Of a stretch of 37,735 nt of DNA, positions 1 to 7,825 are shown one piece after another. Below the pieces are notes generated by a model that saw only the letters and a list, made by a program, of their open reading frames with translations, was not told the origin of the DNA and did not search any database. Position 1 is the first letter of the stretch, and each line of letters opens with the position of its first letter. This DNA comes from a virus (Duplodnaviria; Caudoviricetes). Both the position numbers and the translations under genes were made by a program. The DNA lies in IMG/VR virus record IMGVR_UViG_3300037483_000349, positions 1 through 37,735 of that record, one strand, 5' to 3'.

Positions 1-31
1 ATATTCCGCGTCCGGGTCTATCCCGTTGCGG
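1..31. repeat. 31-bp terminal direct repeat (identical to 37705-37735); circular assembly overlap
   Basis: atattccgcgtccgggtctatcccgttgcgg at both ends; an ORF reads across the join. Confidence 0.95.
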
Positions 32-93
32 AGGAAAAACAGGTCTTCAAGTTGTATCCCGGCTGCTTCTTCGTGGGCTTCTCTGTTGGTCAT
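1..93 (-). CDS. 5' part of a 59-aa hypothetical cassette protein spanning the origin (continues 37704 to 37618)
   Basis: AAGGAGGAG RBS then ATG at 93; MTNREAHEEAAGIQLEDLFFLRNGIDPDAEYTNQEHFRRLLMQHNDPIVIDKTGGNRSA*; flanked by GTTAGGC and GCCTAAC. Confidence 0.7.
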   Translation of the reverse strand, partial: MTNREAHEEAAGIQLEDLFFLRNGIDPDAEY

Positions 94-114
94 ATTCTCC
101 TCCTTGGTAAAATC

Positions 115-218
115 GCCTAACCATAAAATAAACACGGACTGAACAACATCCGAGTGCCCCGAATGGGGCGGTGGTTCGCTTATAGTACGTCGCAGCCGGT
201 TATTTATAACCGTTATCC
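115..218 (+). mobile_element. attC-like site A
   Basis: R'' GCCTAAC; aaata[a]ac[a]cgg[a]ctg pairs with cagccggttattt; R' GTTATCC overlaps the stop of ORF 213-452. Confidence 0.65.
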
Positions 219-452
219 CCCTCGAATTTCCCCGACAATATCCCCCTCGATTTTCTCCCTCTCCCGGTCCACCATCTTGTCTTCCAACCACGGCGCAGGG
301 CGGCCGCGCCGGTCGCACACGGTAAACTCGACTTCCGCCCCGCCCTGGCAATCCTCAGTGCTCGGTGCCGTCCGGGCTGGCAACGGCTTGAAATACCGGC
401 ATGAGTCAACCCGGATCAAACAGGGAATTCCGGCGATGCGGGTTTCAATCAT
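213..452 (-). CDS. hypothetical phage protein (79 aa)
   Basis: ORF overlaps the upstream gene's stop; its own stop lies in attC A. Confidence 0.75.
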   Translation of the reverse strand: MIETRIAGIPCLIRVDSCRYFKPLPARTAPSTEDCQGGAEVEFTVCDRRGRPAPWLEDKMVDREREKIEGDIVGEIRGG

Positions 453-603
453 GATACCACCGCTGGGCTTCAGCGTGCCGGTTGTCCATCTCGGTCATGA
501 TCCCCTGGACGCTCATGCCAACAATTGCGGCGGTCATCAACATGACAATGACAACCGCCAGTGCAGTGCTCAGGACACCCGCTCCAAAACGCTTCCTTTT
601 CAT
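445..603 (-). CDS. small membrane protein (52 aa)
   Basis: MKRKRF followed by a hydrophobic helix; ATGA overlap with the upstream ORF. Confidence 0.65.
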   Translation of the reverse strand: MKRKRFGAGVLSTALAVVIVMLMTAAIVGMSVQGIMTEMDNRHAEAQRWYHD

Positions 604-755
604 TTTCCCGCTCCTTTTCGCGCATAATCCCTCCGTTCGATTTTTGCCATCTCGACAGCATAACAGGGAGGGCACGCGGTGCTTGTGACTTCCCTGTTTT
701 CCAGCGGCTCTTTCTCTCCGACAACGGTATCGCAATAGCAACATTTGACAATCAT
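600..755 (-). CDS. small Cys-rich protein (51 aa), first gene of the leftward operon
   Basis: AAGGAGG RBS; CxxC ... CxxC. Confidence 0.65.
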   Translation of the reverse strand: MIVKCCYCDTVVGEKEPLENREVTSTACPPCYAVEMAKIERRDYARKGAGK

Positions 756-787
756 CTGACCCCTCCTTGAGTGGTTGATTTTCCAAA

Positions 788-816
788 AGACTACCAGCCG
801 CACCTTCAAGTGTCAA
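788..816 (-). promoter_or_regulatory. leftward sigma70 promoter
   Basis: TTGACA-17-TAGTCT on the minus strand. Confidence 0.65.
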
Positions 817-850
817 TAACCTTTTTTAAAAATAAATATAGAAAAACTAC

Positions 851-879
851 TTGCAGAATCCGCTTTGCCGTGGTAATTT
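851..879 (+). promoter_or_regulatory. rightward sigma70 promoter
   Basis: TTGCAG-17-TAATTT with an A-rich UP-like tract upstream. Confidence 0.55.
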
Positions 880-908
880 TTCCAAAACAAACACAAAGGA
901 GACAAACC

Positions 909-1097
909 ATGAAAATCGAAGAAATCAGGAAACAGGCCGGTCTCAATCAGCAGACCATGGCGCAGGAGGTCGGGGTATCCCTGCAAACTATCTCAAATTG
1001 GGAAACGGCCGGGAAAACCCTTGACCAACTCCGGCCCCTGGCGCGTATGGGGGTAGAGCGGTTTGCCAGGCAACACAAGATTGCTATTAATGTCTAA
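909..1097 (+). CDS. XRE/Cro-like HTH regulator (62 aa)
   Basis: IRKQAGLNQQTMAQEVGVSLQTISNWE is a typical HTH_3 motif; AAGGAG RBS. Confidence 0.9.
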   Translation: MKIEEIRKQAGLNQQTMAQEVGVSLQTISNWETAGKTLDQLRPLARMGVERFARQHKIAINV

Positions 1098-1143
1098 AAA
1101 AAAGTTTTGCGGCGCACAGCGTCCGCAACAACGGGAGTTAAAG
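1092..1143 (-). mobile_element. mini attC-like site H, R' core apparently mutated (TTT instead of GTT)
   Basis: minus strand CTTTAAC TCCCG TT[G]TTGCG G[A]CGC tgt GCGC CGCAAAA CTTTTT TTTAGAC; overlaps the HTH stop. Confidence 0.65.
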
Positions 1144-1154
1144 GGAGGAAAACA

Positions 1155-1652
1155 ATGATTGATTTACAGCAGTTTTGCGGCGAGATGAAAGCGATATCTG
1201 CACCATGGTCAGAAGGGGACTACTCTTTTGCAACCAATGGGTATGCCCTTATCCGTGTCCCGCGCCGGTCGGACATTGCCGAAAATGAAAAAGCCCCGCC
1301 GATAATGGGACAGAATATCGGGTCCGTGTTTGGGAAAGAACCCGCCGCATGGTTGGGAATACCGGAATTCCCCCCGCCTGCCGACGAGGAATGTGCAGAG
1401 TGCGGGGGGGATGGGGAGGTCCGCCCGAGCACCCCATATAACACGTATGACGAGCAGGAGTGTTTATCCTGTGGCGGCAGTGGTAAATCAGGGGGAATCA
1501 ACCCGGTACAAATCGGCGGCGTTTATTTTTCCGATAGGTTGCTCGCAAAGTTATTGACACTGCCGAACGTGAAGGTTGGTGTTTTTGGGCCAACAAATAC
1601 GGCCCGCATTATGTTTGATGGTGGGGATGGGCTGATTATGCCCATAAAATAA
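1155..1652 (+). CDS. phage protein with DnaJ-type Zn finger, possibly sliding-clamp-like fold (165 aa)
   Basis: two CxxCxGxG motifs; ATNGYAL and C-terminal GLIMP motif; GGAGG RBS. Confidence 0.65.
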   Translation: MIDLQQFCGEMKAISAPWSEGDYSFATNGYALIRVPRRSDIAENEKAPPIMGQNIGSVFGKEPAAWLGIPEFPPPADEECAECGGDGEVRPSTPYNTYDEQECLSCGGSGKSGGINPVQIGGVYFSDRLLAKLLTLPNVKVGVFGPTNTARIMFDGGDGLIMPIK

Positions 1653-1678
1653 TAAACACAGGGACAACGGAGGAGACA

Positions 1679-1969
1679 ATGACCAGAGAAGAAGCAATGG
1701 CAAAAGCGCGGCAACTGAGCCGCACCGGCGTTTGTTCGGTGGGGGTATCCGAGTCCGATTATTTGAATGATGATGGGACAATCGGGCATTATGCTTTTTT
1801 TAATGTGACGGTTGACAGGTTCGGTCTGCATTCTGAGCCGAGCTACGAAAGCTGTTTCAAAAAGATCGAAAAGCAAATCGAAACCGAGCGGGTCAAAGTT
1901 GTCGAGCGGCTGCGCCGGGAACTGGCGGTGGCCGAAGCTGCGATCACGCCAGAAGGAGATGAATCATGA
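1679..1969 (+). CDS. hypothetical protein (96 aa)
   Basis: GGAGG RBS; operon context. Confidence 0.75.
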   Translation: MTREEAMAKARQLSRTGVCSVGVSESDYLNDDGTIGHYAFFNVTVDRFGLHSEPSYESCFKKIEKQIETERVKVVERLRRELAVAEAAITPEGDES

Positions 1970-2628
1970 ACACACTTTTTTTAGATCTGGAAACCATCCC
2001 GACACAGCGCCCCGGTGCCATCGAGGAATTCCGCGCGAACGTGAAACCCCCCGGCAATATGAGCAAGCCGGAAACCATCGCTGCATGGATGCAAAACAAC
2101 GCCGACGCAGCTGCGGAAGAAGCTTTTCGCAAAACATCATTTGACGGTGCGCAGGGGGAAATTCTCTGCATCGGCTTTGCTGTCAATGACGGCACGCCAT
2201 GTCACATCGGAAGAGCCATCACCGGTTGTGAATCAACGCTGTTGCATGATTTTTATTCCGCGATGTCAGGGTACAGGGTGGATCGCATTGTCGGCCACAA
2301 CGTCAAGGACTTTGACCTGCGGTTTTTGTTCCAGCGCTCTGTTATCAACGGGGCGAAACCTTCATTCCCGCTGCGGACGGAAAGCCGCTACTGCGGCGAC
2401 TATGTTTTTGACACCATGCTTTCGTGGGCAGGGTGGGGAAACCGGATCAGTCTCAAGAACCTGTGCGCGGCTCTCGGTATATCGGTCAAGGAAGGCGACA
2501 TTGACGGGTCGAAGGTGTGGGACGCGGCCCAAGATGGGCGGTATGAAGAAATTTTCTCTTACTGTGAATCTGACGTTACCGCAACGAGGGAAGTCTATAA
2601 CCGCATGACCTTCGGGGGGGAATTATGA
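1966..2628 (+). CDS. DnaQ/PolB-like 3'-5' exonuclease
   Basis: DLET, GHNVKDFD and YCESD exonuclease motifs. Confidence 0.9.
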   Translation: MNTLFLDLETIPTQRPGAIEEFRANVKPPGNMSKPETIAAWMQNNADAAAEEAFRKTSFDGAQGEILCIGFAVNDGTPCHIGRAITGCESTLLHDFYSAMSGYRVDRIVGHNVKDFDLRFLFQRSVINGAKPSFPLRTESRYCGDYVFDTMLSWAGWGNRISLKNLCAALGISVKEGDIDGSKVWDAAQDGRYEEIFSYCESDVTATREVYNRMTFGGEL

Positions 2629-3218
2629 ACGCGCTGCAATCCATTCAATCGGAGTTGAGAGCACCCAAAAATCAGACTAATAAGTTCGGGGGGTATAACT
2701 ACCGATCCTGCGAGGATATTCTTGAGGCGGTCAAGCCCTTGTTAAAAACGTATGATTCTGTTTTGACTATCTCTGATGAAATAGTGGAGGTAGGCGGGAG
2801 AGTCTACGTCAAGGCCACGGCACGACTCACCGAAAAGGCGGGCGTCGTCACGGAAACAACGGCCTTCGCCCGCGAAGCCGAAAACAAGAAGGGGATGGAC
2901 GAGAGCCAGATAACCGGCGCCGCATCATCCTACGCCCGTAAATATGCCTTGAATGGTCTGTTTTGCATCGACGACAACAAGGATGCCGACACCGGGCACC
3001 ATGATCAACAGCCGCGCAAACCCGTCACCGAAGCACCGGCCACACCAGTCAAAATCCCGCTTGAAAACGTGCTGGCGGAAATGGAGGGGGCGTTCAGCCT
3101 GAAGGAACTCGGTGACATTTTCAAATCCCGGTCGCCGATGGCCCAGGCTTGTTATTCCAAGGGCGAACTTGATGCCATGATCGCAAAGAAGGATGAACTC
3201 AAGGGCAGGTTGAAGTGA
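2625..3218 (+). CDS. erf: ERF-family single-strand annealing protein
   Basis: APKNQTNKFGGYNYRSCEDILEAVKP; SQITGAASSYARKYALNGLFCIDD. Confidence 0.92.
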   Translation: MNALQSIQSELRAPKNQTNKFGGYNYRSCEDILEAVKPLLKTYDSVLTISDEIVEVGGRVYVKATARLTEKAGVVTETTAFAREAENKKGMDESQITGAASSYARKYALNGLFCIDDNKDADTGHHDQQPRKPVTEAPATPVKIPLENVLAEMEGAFSLKELGDIFKSRSPMAQACYSKGELDAMIAKKDELKGRLK

Positions 3219-3613
3219 ACCTCAAGCTAACCCTAATATCGGATGCGGTAAGGGATCGGGCGCTGTCCGTGGTCCGGTCCCTGCCGCTGGGACACGAGAT
3301 TGTGATTCGACCGGCGAAGAGCAAGCGGAGCAATCAGGCGAATGCACTTTACTGGCGCTGGATTGACGTTATCCGGCTCCACGTTCTCGATTCCACCGGA
3401 CAGGCTTACGGCGCCGATGCTCTCCACGAATGGCTAAAGGGCAAGTTCTTGCCGACCGTGACCGTTGAGATTGGCGGGGAGGTGCAGCGGTGCAGGCTCA
3501 GCACAGCAAAGCTCAACACCAAGGAAATGAGCGAGTACATGGAAAAAATCGACTTTTATTGTGTAAACAACCTCAGTTTGTATTTGCCAATTCCCGGAGT
3601 TGAGGAAGAATAA
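3215..3613 (+). CDS. ninB: NinB/YbcN-family recombination protein
   Basis: KRSNQANALYW and STAKLNTKEMSEYMEKI motifs. Confidence 0.8.
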   Translation: MNLKLTLISDAVRDRALSVVRSLPLGHEIVIRPAKSKRSNQANALYWRWIDVIRLHVLDSTGQAYGADALHEWLKGKFLPTVTVEIGGEVQRCRLSTAKLNTKEMSEYMEKIDFYCVNNLSLYLPIPGVEEE

Positions 3614-3648
3614 TGTTGAATTTTGTCAGCGAAAATGGGAAAATCGTG

Positions 3649-3776
3649 GTGCTGACAAATAGTTGCATTGTTGTTCGTCCCACCACAAACCATACGCTTA
3701 GGCCATCCAAGGCCGAACGCCCCCAAACGGTGCAGCTATTTGTCAGCGCAAATGCAAGCCTTGGGGGCGTTTTTTT
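3649..3776 (+). promoter_or_regulatory. attenuator-like leader
   Basis: 3649-3667 is complementary (17/19, both others G-U) to 3731-3749, which lies in the loop of stem cgcccccaa/ttgggggcg followed by T7. Confidence 0.6.
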
Positions 3777-3789
3777 ATGCCCCAACGCT

Positions 3790-4075
3790 TATGCTCTGGC
3801 AGTGGGGCGCGGAAAAACATCATTGCCCGGGAAGATCGCGACTTCCGTTTCCGCCGAGCATCGCGGCCCAGTCGATGCAAAAACAAAAGTGCTGGCAACC
3901 GTGTCCCATAGGACCAGCGACCTGATGCCCCGAAAGGGGTTGCCTCATCAGACGCCCGTAAGGGTGGGGGAGAGGGCTAAGTCTCCCAGGAGGAACGCAC
4001 CGTTTATGGTGCGGGCTGTAAAGCCGGGGACCCGATTACTTCCGAGACTACATCAGGGAGGAAAGGGGTATACCT
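3790..4075 (+). ncRNA. candidate structured non-coding RNA
   Basis: about nine consecutive stems, three capped by GNRA tetraloops (cccc-gaaa-gggg, cgccc-gtaa-gggtg, ggct-gtaa-agcc). Confidence 0.55.
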
Positions 4076-4102
4076 GTCACTAAAATAAAAAAGGAGGATA
4101 AA

Positions 4103-4312
4103 ATGGAGTGCAAGAACTGCGGTCACGAGTGTTACAGGGACGAGGTTCACGTTGGAGTTGGGGTTGTTTCCGGCCCATGGGGGTGTCCTTGCGGATGGAG
4201 CGAGGATGATAGATACAATCTTCTGGATGGACCCAAGAAAACAGCGAAGGGCGGGACCATAGATCAGTATGGCGGGGTTATCCCGAATCGCGACAATGGA
4301 GGCATGAAATGA
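4103..4312 (+). CDS. small Cys-rich protein (69 aa)
   Basis: AAGGAGG RBS; CKNC and CPCGW. Confidence 0.8.
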   Translation: MECKNCGHECYRDEVHVGVGVVSGPWGCPCGWSEDDRYNLLDGPKKTAKGGTIDQYGGVIPNRDNGGMK

Positions 4313-4440
4313 AAGAGCTATTTTGGAGGACGATCTTTCGAAGCACCCCTGCCAAGTGGATATGCTGCGGTTGCAATGGATGGGACACCCGGCGCGGAGC
4401 CTTTGGCCGGTGGATAACCGAGAAATATGGAGACGCCTAA
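4309..4440 (+). CDS. hypothetical protein (43 aa)
   Basis: ATGA overlap with the upstream gene; MKELFWRTIF... Confidence 0.45.
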   Translation: MKELFWRTIFRSTPAKWICCGCNGWDTRRGAFGRWITEKYGDA

Positions 4441-4481
4441 TTCTTTAACAGCCCCATTCATGGCGGAACAGGAGGGAAAGG

Positions 4482-4652
4482 ATGAGTGAAAATCGCAAAT
4501 ACATCGAGTGTGAATGCGGATGCGATAAAATTTATGTTTCGGCAACCGATAAATCCCCGCTCAAGGGGATGTGTGCCAGGTGCCGCAAAGATGTTGATCT
4601 TACCGATGGTGTTGACGACTTGGCCGGGTGCAAGTTGGTTTTAACTAGATAG
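4482..4652 (+). CDS. small Cys-rich protein (56 aa)
   Basis: GGAGG RBS; MSENRKYIECECGC...CARC. Confidence 0.65.
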   Translation: MSENRKYIECECGCDKIYVSATDKSPLKGMCARCRKDVDLTDGVDDLAGCKLVLTR

Positions 4653-4670
4653 CGGGACAGGAGGAAGAGG

Positions 4671-4853
4671 ATGTGCGAAAAAAGCGAATCCTTAACAATT
4701 ATAGTTTATGTTGGAGAGCCTGCCCGCGAGTACCAGGGCGGAAATTTTCTGAATGCTATTGACGAGGTAGCAAGTTACTTTTGTCTCGCCCGGACTATGG
4801 ATATTGAAGAGATCAAAAAACTGCTGGCCGTCTATGCCGAGAGGGAGGGATGA
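4671..4853 (+). CDS. hypothetical protein (60 aa)
   Basis: AGGAGG RBS. Confidence 0.65.
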   Translation: MCEKSESLTIIVYVGEPAREYQGGNFLNAIDEVASYFCLARTMDIEEIKKLLAVYAEREG

Positions 4854-4892
4854 GCCGCAAGAAGCCCACCAAGGCCGAGCAGGAGGAAGAGA

Positions 4893-5207
4893 ATGCAATT
4901 TTCTAAAAACAAACCGTGGAGATCAAAGAAATACCGCGACGCCGCAAGGGGCCAAGACTGTAAAATGCGCCTGCCGGGATGTCAAAATAACACGGAAACA
5001 GTTGTACTTGCACATCGCAACGGGTCCGGGATGGGGATGAAGGCCAGCGACCATAATGCGGCGGATATGTGCCATCATTGTCACGAAATTTACGACCGCC
5101 GCCGGCGATATCCGCCGCCGGGCGACTACATGACCGCCGTCTTGAAATTCGAGCAAGCCCGCCTGGAAACCATTATCAACCGGATATCAAGGGGTATTTT
5201 AAAATGA
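4893..5207 (+). CDS. YbcO/DUF1364-like Zn-binding putative nuclease
   Basis: ARGQDCKMRLPGC...ETVVLAH...GMGMKASD...CHHCH. Confidence 0.85.
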   Translation: MQFSKNKPWRSKKYRDAARGQDCKMRLPGCQNNTETVVLAHRNGSGMGMKASDHNAADMCHHCHEIYDRRRRYPPPGDYMTAVLKFEQARLETIINRISRGILK

Positions 5208-5353
5208 CCGTCTGCCCATTCGGTGCGTGCCAACATTTCACGTTTAAAAAGCTCGTCAGGTGGTGCAGACTCCACAACAAACCGATCACCGGCCAAGGAT
5301 GCGGGGGTGAGGATTTATCCCCGTCTGCGGTTAAAAAAGGAGGAACGTCATGA
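5204..5353 (+). CDS. small Cys-rich protein (49 aa)
   Basis: overlaps the upstream stop; MTVCPFGACQHF. Confidence 0.55.
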   Translation: MTVCPFGACQHFTFKKLVRWCRLHNKPITGQGCGGEDLSPSAVKKGGTS

Positions 5354-5420
5354 TACCCAAACGGCACAATTTGATTATATCCATGGTTTGCCTGCTGCTG
5401 CGGTGGTCGCGGTGTGGTGT

Positions 5421-5523
5421 TGGTAACGACCAAGCTCAGGGGCGCCGCACCGAAACCTGAGTACCACCGAACTTATCGAGAACCACGGACGCCGAAGGCG
5501 TCCCTTGCAGCGCCTGGTTATGG
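5421..5523 (-). mobile_element. attC-like site G
   Basis: minus strand CCATAAC CAGGC GCT[G]CAAGGG[A]CGCC ... GGCGCCCCTGAGC TTGGTC GTTACCA. Confidence 0.85.
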
Positions 5524-5540
5524 CGCGGATCGGAGACGAG

Positions 5541-5852
5541 ATGTACGGAAAAATGAAAGGGCACCATTGCTGGTGGCTGACAAGAGACGGAAAAGAGCTT
5601 GCCAATTTCGACAATGAAGAAGAGGTGGACCGAATCATCAACATGGAGGCCGGAAGGCGTGACGTTGCTACATGCCTCGAAAACGCGATTGTGTCCGCCA
5701 AGTCGGCCTACATTGCCGGGGTAGCAGAATCCCCAGAAAAGGGCATGGAGTGGTTGCACAACTACCTGTGGGGGCCTGGACTTCTTCCGACAGACGAAGA
5801 GCTTGAGGCCGGGGCGCAAGCATTTTTCGATGAGAGCCACAAGGGCTATTAG
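5541..5852 (+). CDS. hypothetical cassette protein (103 aa)
   Basis: GGAG RBS; lies between GTTATGG (5517) and ACATAAC (5860). Confidence 0.75.
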   Translation: MYGKMKGHHCWWLTRDGKELANFDNEEEVDRIINMEAGRRDVATCLENAIVSAKSAYIAGVAESPEKGMEWLHNYLWGPGLLPTDEELEAGAQAFFDESHKGY

Positions 5853-5859
5853 CACCCTA

Positions 5860-5909
5860 ACATAACAAAAAGCACACCGGCCGCAGGTCCGGTGCTGTGG
5901 AAGTTAAAA
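5860..5909 (-). mobile_element. mini attC-like site C (50 bp)
   Basis: minus strand TTTTAAC TTCCA CA[G]CACCG G[A]CC tgc GGC CGGTGTG CTTTTT GTTATGT. Confidence 0.75.
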
Positions 5910-5913
5910 CCTA

Positions 5914-6259
5914 TTCGACGGTTTGAATATTTGACAACAAGGAGGAAAAAATGAAATTGGGCGACCGGATCAAGTTTACTGCCAGGCTGGAGCGGAAAAC
6001 GCGCTCTGCTGGCGAGGGTCGAGGATGGAACCGGAAGTGCTGGGAGCGGAGGGACCACGACCCGGCGGAAGGGGTGTTTATCGGAACGCGCACCCTCCAA
6101 GATGGCGTCAGGGAGTGGGACAGCGAATACGGATGGTCTTGGTGTAAGGATAGACATTTCGAGGCCGCACTGGTGGTTTTTTCGGAAAGGCAAGCGCCCG
6201 TTCATGTACCCATCGAGTGCATTTCGCCGGTTTGAATATTTGTAACAACAAGGAGGAAA
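5914..6259 (+). repeat. ~36-bp imperfect direct repeats (5914-5948 and 6223-6259) flanking ORF 5951-6235
   Basis: ttcg(a/c)cggtttgaatatttg(ta)acaacaaggaggaaa. Confidence 0.85.
5951..6235 (+). CDS. hypothetical protein (94 aa)
   Basis: AAGGAGG RBS. Confidence 0.8.
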   Translation: MKLGDRIKFTARLERKTRSAGEGRGWNRKCWERRDHDPAEGVFIGTRTLQDGVREWDSEYGWSWCKDRHFEAALVVFSERQAPVHVPIECISPV

Positions 6260-6261
6260 CA

Positions 6262-6681
6262 GTGGCAAACGACTTAAATTTGTGTCAGTTCATCGGCCGC
6301 ATTGGCCGCGAAGTTGAACAACGATTTTTACCCAACGGGGATGCCGTGTGCAATTTTCCCCTCGCCGTGGGCTGGAAGGGGAAAGACAAAGAGGGTGTTG
6401 AATGGGTCTCGGTTGTCGCTTTCAAAAAGCTGGCGGAAATCATCGTCCAATATTGCACCAAGGGCCAGCAGATTTACATCTCTGGCAAGATACGAACTCG
6501 CAAGTGGCAGGACAAGGATGGTAACGACCGATACTCACCGGAAATCGTCGCTGACCAGATGCAGATGCTCGGATCAAGGGCAGAGCAGGGCCAGGCCGCC
6601 GATAGTGGCCCACAAGGGGAATCTCGCAGCCATAACCGCGTGCCGGGGATAAATGAGGACGAGGAAACAATCCCGTTCTAA
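6262..6681 (+). CDS. ssb: single-stranded DNA-binding protein
   Basis: OB-fold motifs (TKGQQIYISGKIRTRKWQDKDG) and acidic tail ending IPF; GTG start after RBS. Confidence 0.97.
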   Translation: MANDLNLCQFIGRIGREVEQRFLPNGDAVCNFPLAVGWKGKDKEGVEWVSVVAFKKLAEIIVQYCTKGQQIYISGKIRTRKWQDKDGNDRYSPEIVADQMQMLGSRAEQGQAADSGPQGESRSHNRVPGINEDEETIPF

Positions 6682-6694
6682 TCAGGAGGGTCAC

Positions 6695-6922
6695 ATGGAA
6701 TACCGAATGACAATAACACCGGCGTTTGAGGCCGGGAACCATTCCATTACATTCGAGTTTGAAACTGCCGGGCAGATGCTTGCCGCCCAAAATACCGCCG
6801 CCGACCTTCTTCTGTTTCTGCAAAATACCGCCGGGGTAATGGACGACTACTCGAACGTGTTTTGTCTAGAAGAAATGATTGAGGGGGAATGGGAAGAGTA
6901 CGATGATTTAACCGCGTTTTAA
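6695..6922 (+). CDS. acidic hypothetical protein (75 aa)
   Basis: AGGAGG RBS. Confidence 0.75.
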   Translation: MEYRMTITPAFEAGNHSITFEFETAGQMLAAQNTAADLLLFLQNTAGVMDDYSNVFCLEEMIEGEWEEYDDLTAF

Positions 6923-6957
6923 TCTGTATTCCGAATTGAGCCAACACAGGGGGGACC

Positions 6958-7461
6958 ATGTCGAAAACAGCGAGGGAAGCATATCTAAACGGATACATAG
7001 CCACCGGCACCGACCGGTTCGGGACGATCGGAAAGTTTGACCACACATGCCCGAATATGGGGACAGGGCCGAACACCACCAAGGCAAAGTGCATCGAGCG
7101 GCAACAACAGGGCGGCGGATGCCACAATACCCGCTGCAAGATCGGACTGGAGACAAGCGGCTACGCGCCACCGGTCAAAAAAGTCCGCCCGCCGCGCATC
7201 CGCAAATCAAAAGCGGTGATGCCGGGACTGTGCGCGTGTGGTAAAGTTGCGGTGTCAAAGGGCCAAATGCGGTTGGCCAGGATCGACGGGGTGCTGTGCC
7301 GGGAGTGTTTGGACACCAAGCGGGCCGAGTTGAAGCCCTTGCGGCAGCAGGAGCAGCGCGAACACAGAAAAGCAGTCAGGGCGGAAAGACGGATGGCGAA
7401 AAAGCGCGCCCGGCTCGAACAGAAACTTGCGGAAATAAAGGAAAACTTGAACCAACTGTGA
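6958..7461 (+). CDS. basic Cys-containing hypothetical protein
   Basis: operon context; C-terminal coiled coil. Confidence 0.65.
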   Translation: MSKTAREAYLNGYIATGTDRFGTIGKFDHTCPNMGTGPNTTKAKCIERQQQGGGCHNTRCKIGLETSGYAPPVKKVRPPRIRKSKAVMPGLCACGKVAVSKGQMRLARIDGVLCRECLDTKRAELKPLRQQEQREHRKAVRAERRMAKKRARLEQKLAEIKENLNQL

Positions 7462-7474
7462 TATAGGGGGCACC

Positions 7475-7825
7475 ATGAATATTGCAGAAATGGAGGAAGT
7501 AATTCGGCGGCACCGGGTGATGATGCAGGAAATTCTGTGTGCCGCGCTGACACTGGAGAAAATGTCCACACTGGGAGGTAAAAGCTGCATCGGGTATGGG
7601 GCTATCGGCTACGGTGGCGGCAGCGGAGACCCTGCGCATCTGCTTGACCGGGCTATGTCGGTCACGCGGCATATACGGGACGGTGAGCGCAGAGCCTTGA
7701 TTCGGTGGCTGGCGACCAACCACATCGAGCCGCACAAGTGGCCCCGTCTGGCGCTGGCATTCTGGCATAGGGTGCCGGTAGACGCAGCTTCGGATATGGC
7801 GCGGGTTACTGCCGGGGTTGTTTGA
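7475..7825 (+). CDS. hypothetical protein (116 aa)
   Basis: operon context. Confidence 0.65.
   Translation: MNIAEMEEVIRRHRVMMQEILCAALTLEKMSTLGGKSCIGYGAIGYGGGSGDPAHLLDRAMSVTRHIRDGERRALIRWLATNHIEPHKWPRLALAFWHRVPVDAASDMARVTAGVV

Noticed and set aside
3922-3951. Hammerhead ribozyme (ctgatg...gaaa)
   Set aside because: The core is CTGATGC, not CTGANGA, and GAAA is a hairpin tetraloop here.
3613-4083. 156-aa ORF as a protein gene
   Set aside because: No recognisable motif, and it runs through a terminator-like element and dense RNA stems; kept only as an alternative.
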